Shown: one piece after another, positions 1 through 13,828 of the stretch
How the letters are laid out: the number at the start of each line of letters is the position of its first letter
Numbering within the stretch: the first letter of the stretch is position 1
Assembly: GCA_951406725.2 (NCBI GenBank)
Contig: OX597819.1
Span: forward strand, 51,336,001 to 51,400,000
Reading direction: 5' to 3'
Source of the DNA: Octopus vulgaris
Lineage: Eukaryota
Length of the DNA: 64,000 nt
Translations under genes and position numbers: made by a program
Notes under the pieces: model-generated
Told to the model about the DNA's origin: nothing
Databases searched by the model: none
The model's input: only the letters and a program-made list of their open reading frames with translations

Positions 1-310
1 AAATAACGGCCGATTGTAGTATTTTACATAGAAATAAGGCACAAAATAAGGTAAGTAATAATCACGCATACAAAAATTCACATACTTCCCTTATACATGC
101 ATACACATTCACACATACTCACACAGATGAAACGCTTATTTTTTCACCCCTTCTTTTTTCCATTGCTATCTCTCACTCTCTCTCTCTCAGTCAGGGTTAT
201 TGCTCTCACTACTTCTCCTTCACTGAATTACTATTTTCTCTCCTCTCCCTTCATTTATACTACTCTTTCCCCTATTCCGTCCTACTCCTACTCTGTGATT
301 TTGGACAAAT

Positions 311-311
311 A

Positions 312-367
<56 letters not shown>

Positions 368-811
368 TATATATATATACATGTATATATACATATATGT
401 ATATATATATATATATATACGTACATACATATATGTACATACATATATACATATATATACATATATATACATATATACATATATACATATATATATGTAC
501 ATACATATATACATATATATACATATATACACATATATACATATATATATATATATGAACATAATATGAACACATATATATATATATATACATAAATGTA
601 TATACACATACATATATACACGTGCATATATATACATACATGTATATACATACATATATATATACATATATATATACATATATATACATATATACATACA
701 TATACATATATACACATACATATATATATATATACCTACATATATATACATACATATATACTTGCATATATATATATATATACATATATACATACATACA
801 CACACGCACAC

Positions 812-855
<44 letters not shown>

Positions 856-998
856 ATTTAAAGAAAGTACAGTATGTGATACCAAGTCATTCTTGATTTT
901 GTATGACAGCAGTAAGTTAGCCTCATACATACATACATACATACATACATACATACATACATACATACATACATACGTACATACATACATACATACAT
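311..998. repeat. Compound microsatellite (CT)n/(TA)n/(CA)n/(TACA)n
   Basis: Directly visible; source of the overlapping IY/YI/HT ORFs. Confidence 0.95.
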
Positions 999-1034
999 AA
1001 ACACCTTACATAGCATAAATATATACATACATGC

Positions 1035-1065
<31 letters not shown>

Positions 1066-1499
1066 AGCTGTGCTGCGTGCAAATGTTTATATATGCGTCT
1101 GTCCGTACAAGTGTGAGAGTTTCATTTAAGTATTTGTGTATGATTGTTTCGTGTAGAAAATCACAACTCTTAACCAACAAAACTACAAAAGCAAATTAGC
1201 TTCCAGCCAGATCTTAAGTAAGATTCATAAAAATCAATAACTGAATTAATTGAGGTAAAAGGTGAAAACACATCAAAACATAAAAAAAAGACCCAACAAA
1301 CATATAGCACGAACAAAAAAGTTACATGTGTAAAGTGTTTAAGCATTTAAGAATAATTGAAATAATTTGAAAGCTTAGTTTTTAGAAAAAATAAAATGGC
1401 AGCGAGAAGTGAATGTATAAAAGAATATTAATAAATTGAGAATTAGAAGGAAATGAATAGAGAGAAAGGAAATAGAGGAAAAAAAGGGGAGAAAACGTA

Positions 1500-2112
<613 letters not shown>

Positions 2113-3289
2113 TAGAAGGGAAGAAAATTGGGAAAAGAATTAAACGAAAGAATTTGAGGAAAAGGAAGAAAGAGAGACAAAGAAAAATGAAGTTAAAAGA
2201 GAAAGAGAGAGAGAGAGTAAAAGAAAAGCAAAAGAATGATAGAGAAAATAATTGAAAATGCATGCATTGGAGTTAGACACAATTAAAATAAACTAAAATA
2301 AATTTCGTAATGAAAAACAAAGAGAAACTGTAAGAAGAAAAGATGGAGAGAGAGAGAGAGAGAGTAAATGAAAGCATACAAGCAAGCAAAGAGGAAGAAG
2401 AGAGAAAGAACGAGCGAACGAATGAGTGAGTGAGTGAATGCGCGAGTGAGTGAGTAAGTGAGTGAGTGAGTGAGTGAGTGAGTGAACAGCCATAGCTTCC
2501 GTCCCTAAAGATTACTGTTAGGTATTCAATGAGTAATATACGCCACCTAGGTGATAAATGATCAAATGATCGATAAATAGCGGTTGCTATGAATTTAATT
2601 AATGCTAACTTCATTTGGTATTAATTAGCTGTATAGCAAACCGATGAAATGCAACCGCTTCCTTCACCCGCACCGTTCTCTCTCCCCACTTTCCTTCTCT
2701 CTCTCTGTCACTCTTTCTTTCTCTCACCCTCCACCCCTTCGCATTTCCAATCTAAATTTCTGGCGATCTTACAAAGCCGCAAATTCTACAGAGAGTTTCC
2801 GATAGATTTTCTCTTACTATTGTTTATTTCTCTCCCTCCCCCTCTCTTTCTTTCTCTCTCTCTCTTTCTCTTTCTCTTTCAATTTTTCTTCCTTTCTCTT
2901 TATCTCCATCACCACCACCACCACCATACCTCTGCCATATTTATCATAATCTGTAATATAAATGTAGCCATTTCACGCAAAGTAAACCTAATCAGAATGG
3001 ACATATTCCATCAAAACTCATAAACAATTCATTAATATTCCTTAATCAAAGGGATTGATAGACCACACGTTACAAGCTAACATTAGCAACCATAAATTAA
3101 CTGTTTAATTTACGGCAAAATCCGAAGTAAATCTCGCTGGCTAATTTGACTTCTGGGGTTCATGACAATTCACCATCTACTCGTTGACGTACTAGAATCA
3201 ATAACTAACTTTTGTTTTAATCGTTGTTATTGTTGCTTAACCCTCTGGCAATCTCAGGTATACTATCAAGTGTTTTCCAATCGTGGCCA

Positions 3290-3655
3290 TCCCCGAAGGA
3301 TCTTTGGAGTAACGTTTCACTACTGGATTACCTTGCAAGGGAATCAGGGTGTCACTCCAAGTCGAGTTGCTACTTCTCTGCATTGAGAGGTTAAGATCCT
3401 CGTACTAGGAACATGTGATGAGAATGTCTCGGGAAAGAATCACAAGACGGATTCTTGAAGCTGAGCCAACAGGCGGAGGACCTAATGGTAATCCAACAAC
3501 AAAATGTTCTTGGACTTAGTGTAGTTGGTCACGCTTGGGAATCCAATTGCAAAGTGTAATAACAGTTGTTTCTGGTAGGACCCTGTGAAGGAGGCTCCTG
3601 AGCACTCTACTCCCAAAACCTTCTAATAAATAGTGGGCAGAAAAAAATGGATGGC
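3290..3655 (+). mobile_element. RTE-clade LINE 3' remnant (Expander/Rex3-like RT C-terminus)
   Basis: Frameshifted translation RRIFGVT..LQVELLLLCIERLRSSY*EHVMRMSRERITRRILEAEPTGGGPNGNPTTK..WSRLGI..RRLLSTLLPKP follows the RTE pattern IERSQLRWFGHLVRM..PTGRRPRGRPRTRW; ends in an AAAATGGATGG tail. Confidence 0.75.
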
Positions 3656-4518
3656 TGAATGAGATTACATTATCAAGTATGTTCTTCGCTTTCGTGAAAA
3701 TGATTCTGCATGATTTGAATGTTATTTAGCTGTTATTTTCCGCAGTTCTTTCGCACTCATAGAAGCTCCCTCAATGGCTGCTGGCACCCTTGCTATTGAA
3801 TACGAGTAACTTATACTGTTGGGGATGTCGAACAGACAAGCTGAACACTTCATCATCTTGACTACATTTGTTCTTAGTTTTGTTTTTGTTGTTGTTTAAC
3901 TCTAGTTCAGAACGGATTGAACAAACCCTTGATCATAGACGTGTAGTTGTTGAAGCACCAAATTACATTATTCAAGGCGTTCTTATTTAAGACAGATGCA
4001 ATTTGGGCGTGATTTGAGTGAAATTTCCGGAATTTCACTCCATCCAAACGATGGATCGCGTGAAATGTATTTCTTTATCTTGGGGTTGTCTGGTGATAAA
4101 GTACCCTATACTGGTGTCCTGTTAATTGTTCCTGACTCTCAGCCCCTCGTAAAAAAGAGGAGAATTGATTCAGCAACGCAGTTTTACATATCACCAATTT
4201 GCTACATAATGCTCCTACTGTTTATTGAAAAATAAAAACTGTGCGTACTTATATACAGGACCAGCGCTAAGCTCTAAGTAAACTAGCGGAACCCCTAGAG
4301 ATCTAAACACTGGTTGAGGCACGCAGAGTCTGATTACCTTAGACAACATTCTTAACTCTTTGCCAGTCCAAATCCTTTTCGTAAGTTTGTCCTAAGTACC
4401 CATGCTTGTTTCCAGCCCTTTAGTTAACCCTTGTTTCATAAGTTTTAACTAATATAAACCTTCCCTTTCAAGTTATTCTGGTAGTTGAAAGAGAAATTAG
4501 GAATGTGTATCATATATC

Positions 4519-4819
4519 GTGGCACTCTGTCGGTTACGACTACAAGGGTTCCAGTTGATCCGATAAACGGAACAGACAGAAATATTCAGCGTGACACAGT
4601 GTATGACAAGACTGGCCCTTTGAAATACAGGTACAACAGAAACAGAAAGAAAGATTGATATAAAGTTTTGGTGAAATAGTACGGCAGGGTTCGCCACCAC
4701 CCTCTACCGGAGCCTGGTGGAGATTTAGGTGTTTTCGCTCAATAAACGCTCACAACGCCCGGTCTGGGAATCGAAACAGCGAGTCCGCTGCCCTAATCAC
4801 TGGGCCATTTCTCCTCCAC
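4519..4819 (-). mobile_element. tRNA-derived SINE, family C
   Basis: Minus-strand head with A box TGGCCCAGTGA and B box TTTCGATTCC; 3' end ATCAACTGGAACCCT..GTAACCGAC shared with 7500-7828 and 18297-18618. Confidence 0.8.
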
Positions 4820-5231
4820 GTATCAAATATGATGTATATATGATGATGCATGGGCGTTAGGGAAATATATCCTGTATATCATATGTCATACACAGGGTAG
4901 GATGTATCATTTGTGATACATAGAATAGGCAAAAGGTTAATTTAATCTAATTAAATGCGTGAGAGCAGGTGATGTCACTCTCGGAAGACAAAAAAAAATA
5001 GGGAACAGGGATGAGACGGTGGGGTAGAGGGAAAGGTGATGCAGTTTTATGGTTTGTCACTTGATTTGATGTGAAACGTTTCAAATTTTAGCAGATAGCA
5101 GATTTATTCAGTAATGCACCACAAGGCCATAGATATCTTATTTGCTAATTAGATATAACCTTTTGAGTGTATTTTTCAGTTGGTGTAAAATTAGGATGAA
5201 AAAGGAAGATTTAGAAAAAGGTTAATGAAGT

Positions 5232-5655
5232 GGGCTCACATTGTAGCACTGGAAGAAGGAGGCATACATTGTAAGGTTAGGGAAAGGAGATGTTAGTTGT
5301 AGGGCTAGGAGAAGTATATTGTATAGCTGGGAGAAGGGGATACATAATTAAGGTTTGGGAGAAAGGGCGCATATTGTAAGTTTGGAAGAAGGAGCACTCA
5401 TTGTAGGATTGGGAGAAGGGAATAATATATAGACCTGGGAGAAGGGGGCGCACATATTGTATGGTTCAGAGAAAAAGGGCGCACATTGTAAGGTTGCGAG
5501 AAGGGTGTACGTTGAAGGTTTGGAAGAAGGGAAAACTCATTGTTGGGGTGGGAGAAGGGAACAGTATATAGAGCTGAGAGAAGGGAGTGCACACAATAGG
5601 TTTGAGATAAGGGGTGCATATACTGAAGGGTTGAGAGGAGTATAGATTATATGGT
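5232..5655. repeat. Degenerate ~27-bp minisatellite, about 15 units
   Basis: Recurrent unit GGGNGCACATTGTAAGGTTGGGAGAA. Confidence 0.8.
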
Positions 5656-6080
5656 TGCCAATAACCTGGTTTCAAATCTGTTTATATCCAGTACGGATTT
5701 ACAACTACATAACTTTGGCCATAGATTTTGAGCTACGGTGTCTATGGTGAGTGACTTGGAGACAGATTTGATCTGACCACTCGTGCAACGGGAGTTCAAC
5801 ATCCAGCCGACAAACGAATACCAACATTGTGTTAAATTTAAAGAGGGAAAAATCTAGTTTGACATTTTTATGTTGGATTACTAATTGAATTTTACGTCGA
5901 TAATAAAAACGAAACACAGATACTTCATACTTGATAGTGAAAGTACATAAATTCATATATTTTGATGTCTAATAGAGTATTTTTGTATTGTCTCCACAGG
6001 TAATTACCGAACTTCTATATCGGTGCGTGATGTAAAAGTGATGGCGGCTTTTTACGTGTGTGTTTTTATATTTCTTTCTT

Positions 6081-6242
6081 CACACACACACACACACCAC
6101 TTACACACACACACACACACTTGCATACACAGAAAAACACTTACACACACATACACACATAAGCACTCACACACAAATTTACACACACACAAACATACAC
6201 TTACACACACACATACATTTACACACACAGAGACAAACACAC

Positions 6243-6303
<61 letters not shown>

Positions 6304-6312
6304 GTGATACAC
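6081..6312. repeat. (CA)n microsatellite
   Basis: Directly visible. Confidence 0.95.
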
Positions 6313-7196
6313 ACGTGTAACAATGATTATCTGTGGAATTCATCCGCATCATGATAGCGGCCATTAAATGCATTTCTTTCAGTGTTTGTAATTATTTTGT
6401 GAGCTATTAAAACATCAAGCATTTAAATATTATCGATAAATTAGATAACATTGAATTATTTATTTCCTTTTTCCTCCTTTATATTTAGCCTCTTTTTCCT
6501 AATTTCATTGTCATGTGAAATATTGGTTAATTTTCTTTCGATATTTATTTCGCTTTTCTGTTTTATGTTTTTGCCTTTAATTTTTGTTTGTTTGTTTTTG
6601 TTTACAAGATCGAGAAGTCTCCTAAGCGTTGGGGAAATAAGTAAATGGGAAGCGTGATGTGCATGCCTTTCCCAAGGGTAGGTGTGTAGTGTTAATTAAA
6701 TGAAATGGTTTCGATGGTGGAGAATCGAAATTGCTTTGTCGATTCGTCAATGCCCTAAATATAACGCCATCATGCAGGCGAAGAAATATGAGGTATACAT
6801 CTAAATACATACACGCACACATACACACACGCACATGTATTATATTTTACAAAGACAATGTTGATAGTGACTTTGGAGTTTCCGTTTCCTCTGACGACAG
6901 ACAGGAAGCCAAAACATCGATTCCACAATCGATATTATATTGTTAAATAATAATACAAATCTACCCTACAAAACGATATTAAGCAATCTTTCAGTTTAAT
7001 AATATTTTTTTTCTACATAACTTGACGCAAACACAAACATTTAAATATACTTACTTACAATGTATGCGCGCAAGTATGTATATATATATATAAATAATAA
7101 GGGTGGAAAATTGAATATTAATTAGATTAATATCAATTTAAAATCAGTGGTGTAGCATATTGTAAAATCTGAAGATTCAGAAAAATTATATTACAC

Positions 7197-7463
7197 ACAT
7201 ATAAGAGGGATGACCACTAAGTGGACATCCATTATGCTAGAAGTAGACTCCCTATGGTCTTACCCCCAAGAAAAGATTGTTCTCAAGAAAATTCAGCAAA
7301 CGCCAGAACATAAGCGAGCAAGACAAATGAAAGAGTCAAAATATAAAGATTAATCACAAACTCGGTTTCATTGTTACCGCTTACGTAATTACTTACGTAA
7401 ACGTCCGCAATTCATCACTTCTAGCATAATGAATGTCCACTTAGTGGTCACCCGTCTTGTATG

Positions 7464-7464
<1 letters not shown>
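7197..7464. repeat. 48-bp inverted repeat with 172-bp spacer, inside a probable Penelope-derived element
   Basis: 7197-7244 vs 7417-7464, 4 mismatches; the wider region (about 7090-7464) is flanked by TA-rich microsatellite. Confidence 0.75.
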
Positions 7465-7499
<35 letters not shown>

Positions 7500-7828
7500 A
7501 CCGTCGGTTGCGATGACGAGGGTTCCAGTTGATCCGATCTACGGAACAGCCTGCTCGTGAAATCAACGTGCATGTGGTTGAGCACCCCATAAACACGTGT
7601 ACACTTTGAGTCTACCAAATTTCATCTCAGAATAGTTCTGAGGGAGATTCAGCGTGACACAGTGTGTGACAAGGCTGTTCCTTTGAATTACAGATACTTC
7701 TCACTTTTGCCAACTGAATGACTGGAGCAACGTCAAATAAAGTGTTTTGCTCAAGAACACAACGCGTATCTGGAAACTGAACTCACGACCTTACGATCCT
7801 GAGGCAAATACCCTAACCACTGAGCCAT
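7500..7828 (-). mobile_element. tRNA-derived SINE, family C-related
   Basis: Reverse complement of 18297-18618; tRNA-like head TGGCTCAGTGGTTAGGG..GAGTTCAGTTTCC. Confidence 0.8.
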
Positions 7829-7829
7829 A

Positions 7830-8585
7830 AATGTTATCGATCCGAACATGCTTCAGGCAAATTCGAACTGGAGAATAAGCTACTTAATGCGTTTTGTAAC
7901 GGAAAATATATCCCGATTGTTGACAAATGCTGTATATACACCCAGAGCAGCTTGCAGCACCACCTACCAAGACTGTGAGACGCTAGCATTTCGGAGTAGT
8001 TATCTCCTCTTTGGTCGCAGACACCATGCCGGAGGCGCTATGAGCTGATTGAAGAGATTCAATCTCTTATGCTTTTCCAGTCACCATATGGTGACTGGGA
8101 GCGCTATACGGCGGCTCACCTTAAGTTTATTACAGAGGAGAAGCGTTAAGCAATGATAAGTAAAATTTTAATGTTATTATCAGTCCAAATATGATTGACG
8201 CACGTTCGAACCGGATAACAAGCTTCACGGAAAATATATCCCGTTTGTTGACAAATAGTGTGTATACACCTAGATCAGCTTGCAGTACCACCTACCAAGA
8301 CTGAGATGCTAGCATTTCGGAGTAGTTATTCCCTCTTCAGTCACAGACACCAGGCTATACGGCGACTCACTGTAAGTAAATTACAGAGGGGGGGGGGGGT
8401 CCAAGCAGTGATAAGTAAAAATGTAATGGTATTATCGGTCCGAATATGCTAGAGGCATATTCGAAGAGGAAATAACTACTCCGAAATACTAGCATCTCAC
8501 AGTCTGGGTAGGTGGCGCTGCGAGCTGATCTAGGTGTATACACATCATTTGTTAACAAACGGGTTATATCTTCTGTGACAAAACG
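7830..8585. repeat. Unclassified repeat: two direct copies of a ~270-340-bp unit plus an inverted partial copy
   Basis: Block GGAAAATATATCCCG..CACCTACCAAGACTG..GCTAGCATTTCGGAGTAGTTAT at about 7901-8010 and 8229-8338, reverse-complemented at about 8463-8585. Confidence 0.8.
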
Positions 8586-9076
8586 GCGTTCGCAAAACTA
8601 ACTTCAATGATTGAGTCATGAACTCTTCATCCACCTAACAACAAGAAATTAAGTGTTAGACAGCTCATAGTTTACTTTCTGTTTAGTCTGCAGAAGCTGC
8701 TAAATGCACAACTTAGATGGCTGATTGGATAAGGCTTCAGATCGACCTACTACGAGGTCTGACGTTCGTGATCTGCCGAAGGGGTAGTAATTTTTTTTTT
8801 TTAAATTCATTCAGAGGCGTAGCTGAGTGTTAAGAAGTTCTCTTCCCAGCCGCATTGTTCTGTGTTCAGTCCCACTGCATCTTAAAATTTTGATTGCATC
8901 CTTTCCCGAAAAAGAGAGATGGGGATTCCCTTTCAGAGAGAATAAGTGAAAAAAGAGGGGAAGTGGGAGAGAGGCAGAGACTATTTTCAGTAGTTCCTTT
9001 ATTTCTTTCGAAAAACTGTCTGCAAGCAATAATAAATCTCTGAACGAGATTTAAACAGTAACTGCACGACAATGTA

Positions 9077-9454
9077 AGGTATACTAGCCATCTCAATATG
9101 GCTAACCACTAAGGGTGGGTGTTACTGTAGCTTGTAGCCCCAGGAGATCATCGTCTCCAGCTGGCTATAGGCACACTTTCTGTGCCCTTATGGTATTTGC
9201 AAAGGGAGGTCATCCCTCTCTCCCCTTCATCGAAAACCGGCGATTGCCGTACGCCGAAGACAGGCAAATACCTAGAAACTGCAGTCCGTGCGTATCACTT
9301 AGGTTGACGAAAGAGGGATGACCTCCCTTTGCAAATACCATAAGAGCACAGAAAATGTGCCTAAAGCCAGCTGGAGACGATGATCTCTTGGGGCTACAAG
9401 CTACAGTAACACCCACCCTTTGTGGTTAGCCATATTGAGATGGCTAGTATACCT
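9077..9454. mobile_element. MITE / non-autonomous DNA transposon with ~143-bp TIRs, TA-flanked
   Basis: Arms 9074-9219 and 9312-9457 are near-perfect reverse complements around a 92-bp spacer; TA at 9075-9076 and 9455-9456. Confidence 0.8.
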
Positions 9455-9506
9455 TACTTTATTTCTTTATTTCCCTGTAACAAATCTAAATATATTCCAT
9501 ACACAA

Positions 9507-9862
9507 GCGTAGGGATGGCTATGTGTTAAGAAGTTTCCTTCCTATTTCACATGCCTTCGGGTTTAATCCCACTGTGTGGCAGCTTCGGCAAGTATCTCCA
9601 CTGTAATTTCGTGCCGACCAAAGCCATGTGAGTGGATTTGGTAAAATGTGTATAAGTGTGTGTACATGTGTGTCTGTATTTGTCCCTCACAACCACTTGA
9701 CAACCGGTGTTGGTGTATTTACGGCTCGACACAAGACACCGAAGGAATAAGCAACACGCTTTAAAAAAGGGTACTTGAGTCGATTCGTTCGACTATAATA
9801 CTTCGAGGTGGTGCCCCAGCATAGCCGCAGTCTAATGACTGAAACAAGTAAAAGATAAAAGA
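9507..9862 (+). mobile_element. tRNA-derived SINE, family A (diverged)
   Basis: Head GGCTATGTGTTAAGAAG and tail GGTGCCCCAGCATAGCCGCAGTC..GAAACAAGTAAAAGATAAAAGA. Confidence 0.8.
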
Positions 9863-10084
9863 CGTAAGCACTTATCTTTTAACGGTTGTGGGGGTAAGGA
9901 TGTTCGCTTCGAAATAGCGTGGATTCACCTGAGCTTCAGGTAAGCTGATTTCTGCGGTGAAATTTAGTAGACTCAAATTGAACAAAAGTCCGTCGAATGT
10001 GTGTATGAGGTGTGCTCCTGTATGCATGTTTGTGCGTGCACCAGTTATTTCTAGCGACTACGTAGAGGGTTCCCAGCTAGCTCG

Positions 10085-10290
10085 CCTAGTAATCATCTTT
10101 TCTAATTTTGGCACGAGGACAGCAATTCTGAGGGGAGATGCTCAAAAGGCAATTTATTTTATCGATCTCGAAAGAATGTAAAGTAATGTCCACCTCGTTG
10201 GTATTTGAACTCAGAACGTAGAGTTGGAAGAACTATCGGTAAGCGTTTTGCCCAGTCCGAGAACGACTCTGCCAGCCCACAGCCTTTGGC
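10085..10290 (-). mobile_element. SINE family B, diverged
   Basis: Reverse complement of B motifs TTCTGAGTTCAAAT and CCT(C/T)GTGCCAAAA. Confidence 0.6.
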
Positions 10291-12320
10291 TCACATAGTA
10301 ATTATAGGGGTAATACGTTAGCGCGTGCGTGTGTGTGTGTGTGTGTGTTATAAAACCAATATATTATCAAGTAGCAGATTGACACTTTGCTATAAATTAA
10401 TAAACGTTTCAATGTTATTAATGCTAAAGATCTGTGTATTCGCAGGATCGATAGCGCATCAGATAAAATACCTTCCAAATGTTTGGTACGACTTCAGGTT
10501 TCAAATCACGCCGAGTTTAACTTTGGCTTATCTTTTTCCGGAGTGGTAAATGTAAATTACCAGTCAAATAACACATCGATATTTTAATTATATCTTTTGC
10601 AGAAAATCTCTGCTCTTGTGCCTATATTAAAAATCACTATTAGTTATAGTATCTTGTTCATAATACTCTATTTAAAATTAGCATAATGAAAATTTCTATT
10701 TTAGAGATTTTAGAGATAATGATAAATTTCTATTTTAGAGATTTTAGAGGTTATGATATAATCCGATAAAGCTATGATGATAAAGCAGTCAAATATTAAA
10801 CAATATCGCTGAATTGTAACATACTAGATGTCAATATAGCTTGGATAATATTATCAGATAATACAGAAAGTATACATACTATCTAAGCAGTTTATTAGAC
10901 TAAGCTCAGTTTTAGGTATCATGTACTTATACCAAATTAATATAAAACTTGAAGTCATTCATCAGCATGGAGAATTGGATTATTAGCACTATCAGTTTTC
11001 ATACAAACGAAGCATATATATGTATATATATATACTATATTATATTAATTTGGCATAGCAAGCGTTTCGCTAATAGTTGTTATCAATTAATATATTAATC
11101 CCCAGACTAAGCATGTATGTTGATAATTTGTATCACTCATTACAAAGCATCATATGACTAAAATAAACTGTTACCGCTACCTTAGTAATACTTAATACTA
11201 TTTGTAGTGTTAAATATCAAAAGACAAACAATTTTAAACGATAATCATTTTCGATTTTATTTTCACAGAACATTAATTAAGCAATGACATGTTCTTTTCT
11301 ACTATTTTCCCATTATCTTTCAAAAAGGAAAAACACAACAACAACAACAACAACAACAGCAAAAACAAATCATGAAAAGTTACTGCTAATATATAAATCT
11401 ATGTTAATATTGTCCAAACAGCGGAAAGGGCCTTTCAACCAGTTTCCAAATATCGTATAATGGAAAGATATATGACAAACTACGCTCGATATCTTGATAA
11501 GGACTAGATTCGTGTAATTATTTGCCTTAAGAGAGGATTTTCACTCAAGTAGAAGTACTTTAAGAGGGTCAATAATGGAATTATGATGATGCTTGCATCG
11601 CTAAGTCGAAGTAGGAAAATACGATGTAAAGTAGTGGATCATGACTTGCAGACAAATCGGCTGTCTTAACATTTAAGTAGAAATGAGATACAAAGAAGGA
11701 GATATTTTAAATTGATAACGACGATGCAGTTCTAGAGTTTCTGAGACAAATTGAGTCTATTTTTTTACCTCAAGACATGTCTGCTACGTTGAACCAATCA
11801 ACCATCTCTCGCGTACCTATTCAGCTTGCAATCAGACCAGCTAACTACTCTGCACTGACCTGGCCAGAAGCCCTACTGCCATCTTTTATAGGCTTTCTCA
11901 TTTTCCTAATAACCTTTACTCACCCATAGGCGCTATTTGTTGCAGTCTGCTTGCATGTGTGTTTCTCCTGGTTTATGGAAAATTCTAATATAAAGAGGAC
12001 ATCAACTCACTTGATATCTTTGAATATAATTGGCCTGCCAGTAAAGCAACACTTATTTGCTGTTTAACTCTTGCACGATCTCTTGAAAGAATAGATAAGT
12101 TGTCAAGGGGCCTAGAAGAAGAATTTTCAACTGTATGTTGAATAACTTTCAAGGTTTATGTCGTGGATTTAGCGCATTAGTTGGCGAATATTTGATATGT
12201 GGAAGTTAACTTATTATACTGTGGCGATCGGCCAAGAGTTTTTGCTGGTATTATAATTCGATAAACGGTAATATTCGGTGGAAATAGCATGTTTATACTT
12301 CATCGGGTTGAACCAATAAT

Positions 12321-12364
<44 letters not shown>

Positions 12365-12505
12365 ATGTGTGTGTGTGTGTGAGTTTCATGTACATGTACA
12401 CATGCCTGTGTAGTGGGGCATGTGTGCGTTCTCAGTTGAATTCAAGATATATATATATCGCGAACTCTTATAGATGCGTATTTGAAGAACAATGAAAAGA
12501 GGACG

Positions 12506-12599
12506 AAGAAGAAGAAGAAGAAGAAGAAGAAGAAGAAGAAGAAGAAGAAGAAGAAGAAGAAGAAGAAGAAGAAGAAGAAGAAGAAGAAGAAGAAGAAGA
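12506..12599. repeat. (GAA)n microsatellite
   Basis: Directly visible; abuts the family H element. Confidence 0.95.
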
Positions 12600-12600
12600 C

Positions 12601-12922
12601 GTTTTGCGCAGGCCTGGGCTAGATGTAAGAAAATCCTGGGTAGCCCAGTCGTCAGGATACCTCTCTCGACCTTGCTGACGTAGTCCAAAGGAGTGCAGAG
12701 CATTACGTTTGGCACCAGCATGTTTGCAAGAGCTCCTGGAAGAGCGTTGAGTCGAAAACTAAACCGCCTACGGAGCTCCACTCCGGATTTCTTTGAAGGT
12801 TGTCTCTTTTCCGTAACCCTGGATAGGGGCCCATATCGGGTATTGTCAGCCGGAGCCATCTGAGCCCGCAACAGGTGTCAGGCAGGGTCGTCACTCCCCG
12901 AAGTAGTGAAGAAAATCGCTAC
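12601..12922 (-). mobile_element. Interspersed repeat family H (possibly derived from a LINE 5' UTR)
   Basis: Reverse complement of 16986-17307, including GGTGCCAAACGTAATGCTCTGCACTCCTTTGGACTACGTCAGCAAGGT; the RTE 5' UTR origin is a guess. Confidence 0.7.
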
Positions 12923-13026
12923 AGACTACATAAGTATGTATATATACGATGGGCTTCTTTCAGTTTCCATCTACCCGGAACCATGTGGTTGGGAAGCAAG
13001 CTTCTTAACTCACAGCCACTCCTGCG

Positions 13027-13058
<32 letters not shown>

Positions 13059-13644
13059 GCAAAGAGTTATATGCATATTTTATCTTTATATTTTACTTGC
13101 TTCAGTAATTAGACAGTAGCCATGCTGGAGCACAGCCTTGAAGAGCTTTTATTTTTAGTCGAACGAATCGAACGCAGTACAAAATGCTGCTAAGCATTTT
13201 GTGCGGCGGGCTGACGAGTCTGCTTGCTCGCCTCCTTAGTAAATGATAATAAAATGGTTTCTAACCGATATTCATAGCAAGCACTTGTGAAGGGATGTGG
13301 TTAGTGGTTTCCATCAATCTCAGTAAAGTATCAGCTCAAACAGGAGAAGTGGCACAGGTGACCCTGGCGAGGTTTGAACTCAGATTATAACGAGAAGGAA
13401 AAAATATTGCAAAGAATTTTTTCCGATGTTCTAACAGCTTATCCCACCATAATAATAGTTTCAAATTTATGACACAAGGCCAGCCAGTTGGTGGGGGAGG
13501 GCGTAAGTCGATTACATAGATTCCAATACTAATTTGGTACTTATTTTATAGACCCACCGAAAGGGTAAAAGGCAAACTCAACCACTTGGAATTTGAACTC
13601 AGAATAAAATTAGTAGTAACACATAAAAACATGTATATGCCCAC

Positions 13645-13770
13645 GGGCATATGGCGTAGTGATTAAGAGCGCAGGGTACTAACTCCAAGGTTCAGAGTCC
13701 AATTCCAGGCAGTGACCTGAATAATAATTTTAATAATAATAATAATAATAATAATCATAATAATAATCAC

Positions 13771-13828
<58 letters not shown>

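Noticed and set aside
2540-2556. CTCF-like motif CGCCACCTAGGTG in a unique TAAT-rich island
   Set aside because: Partial match only; cannot be supported without conservation or ChIP data
5690-5920. Possible second Penelope RT remnant
   Set aside because: Needs several frameshifts, and no diagnostic motif is intact
6880-6925. CTGACGA...AAAAC hammerhead-like string
   Set aside because: No stem II pairing and GAAA absent
9115-9416. Mirror-image 68-aa ORFs on both strands
   Set aside because: By-product of the MITE inverted arms
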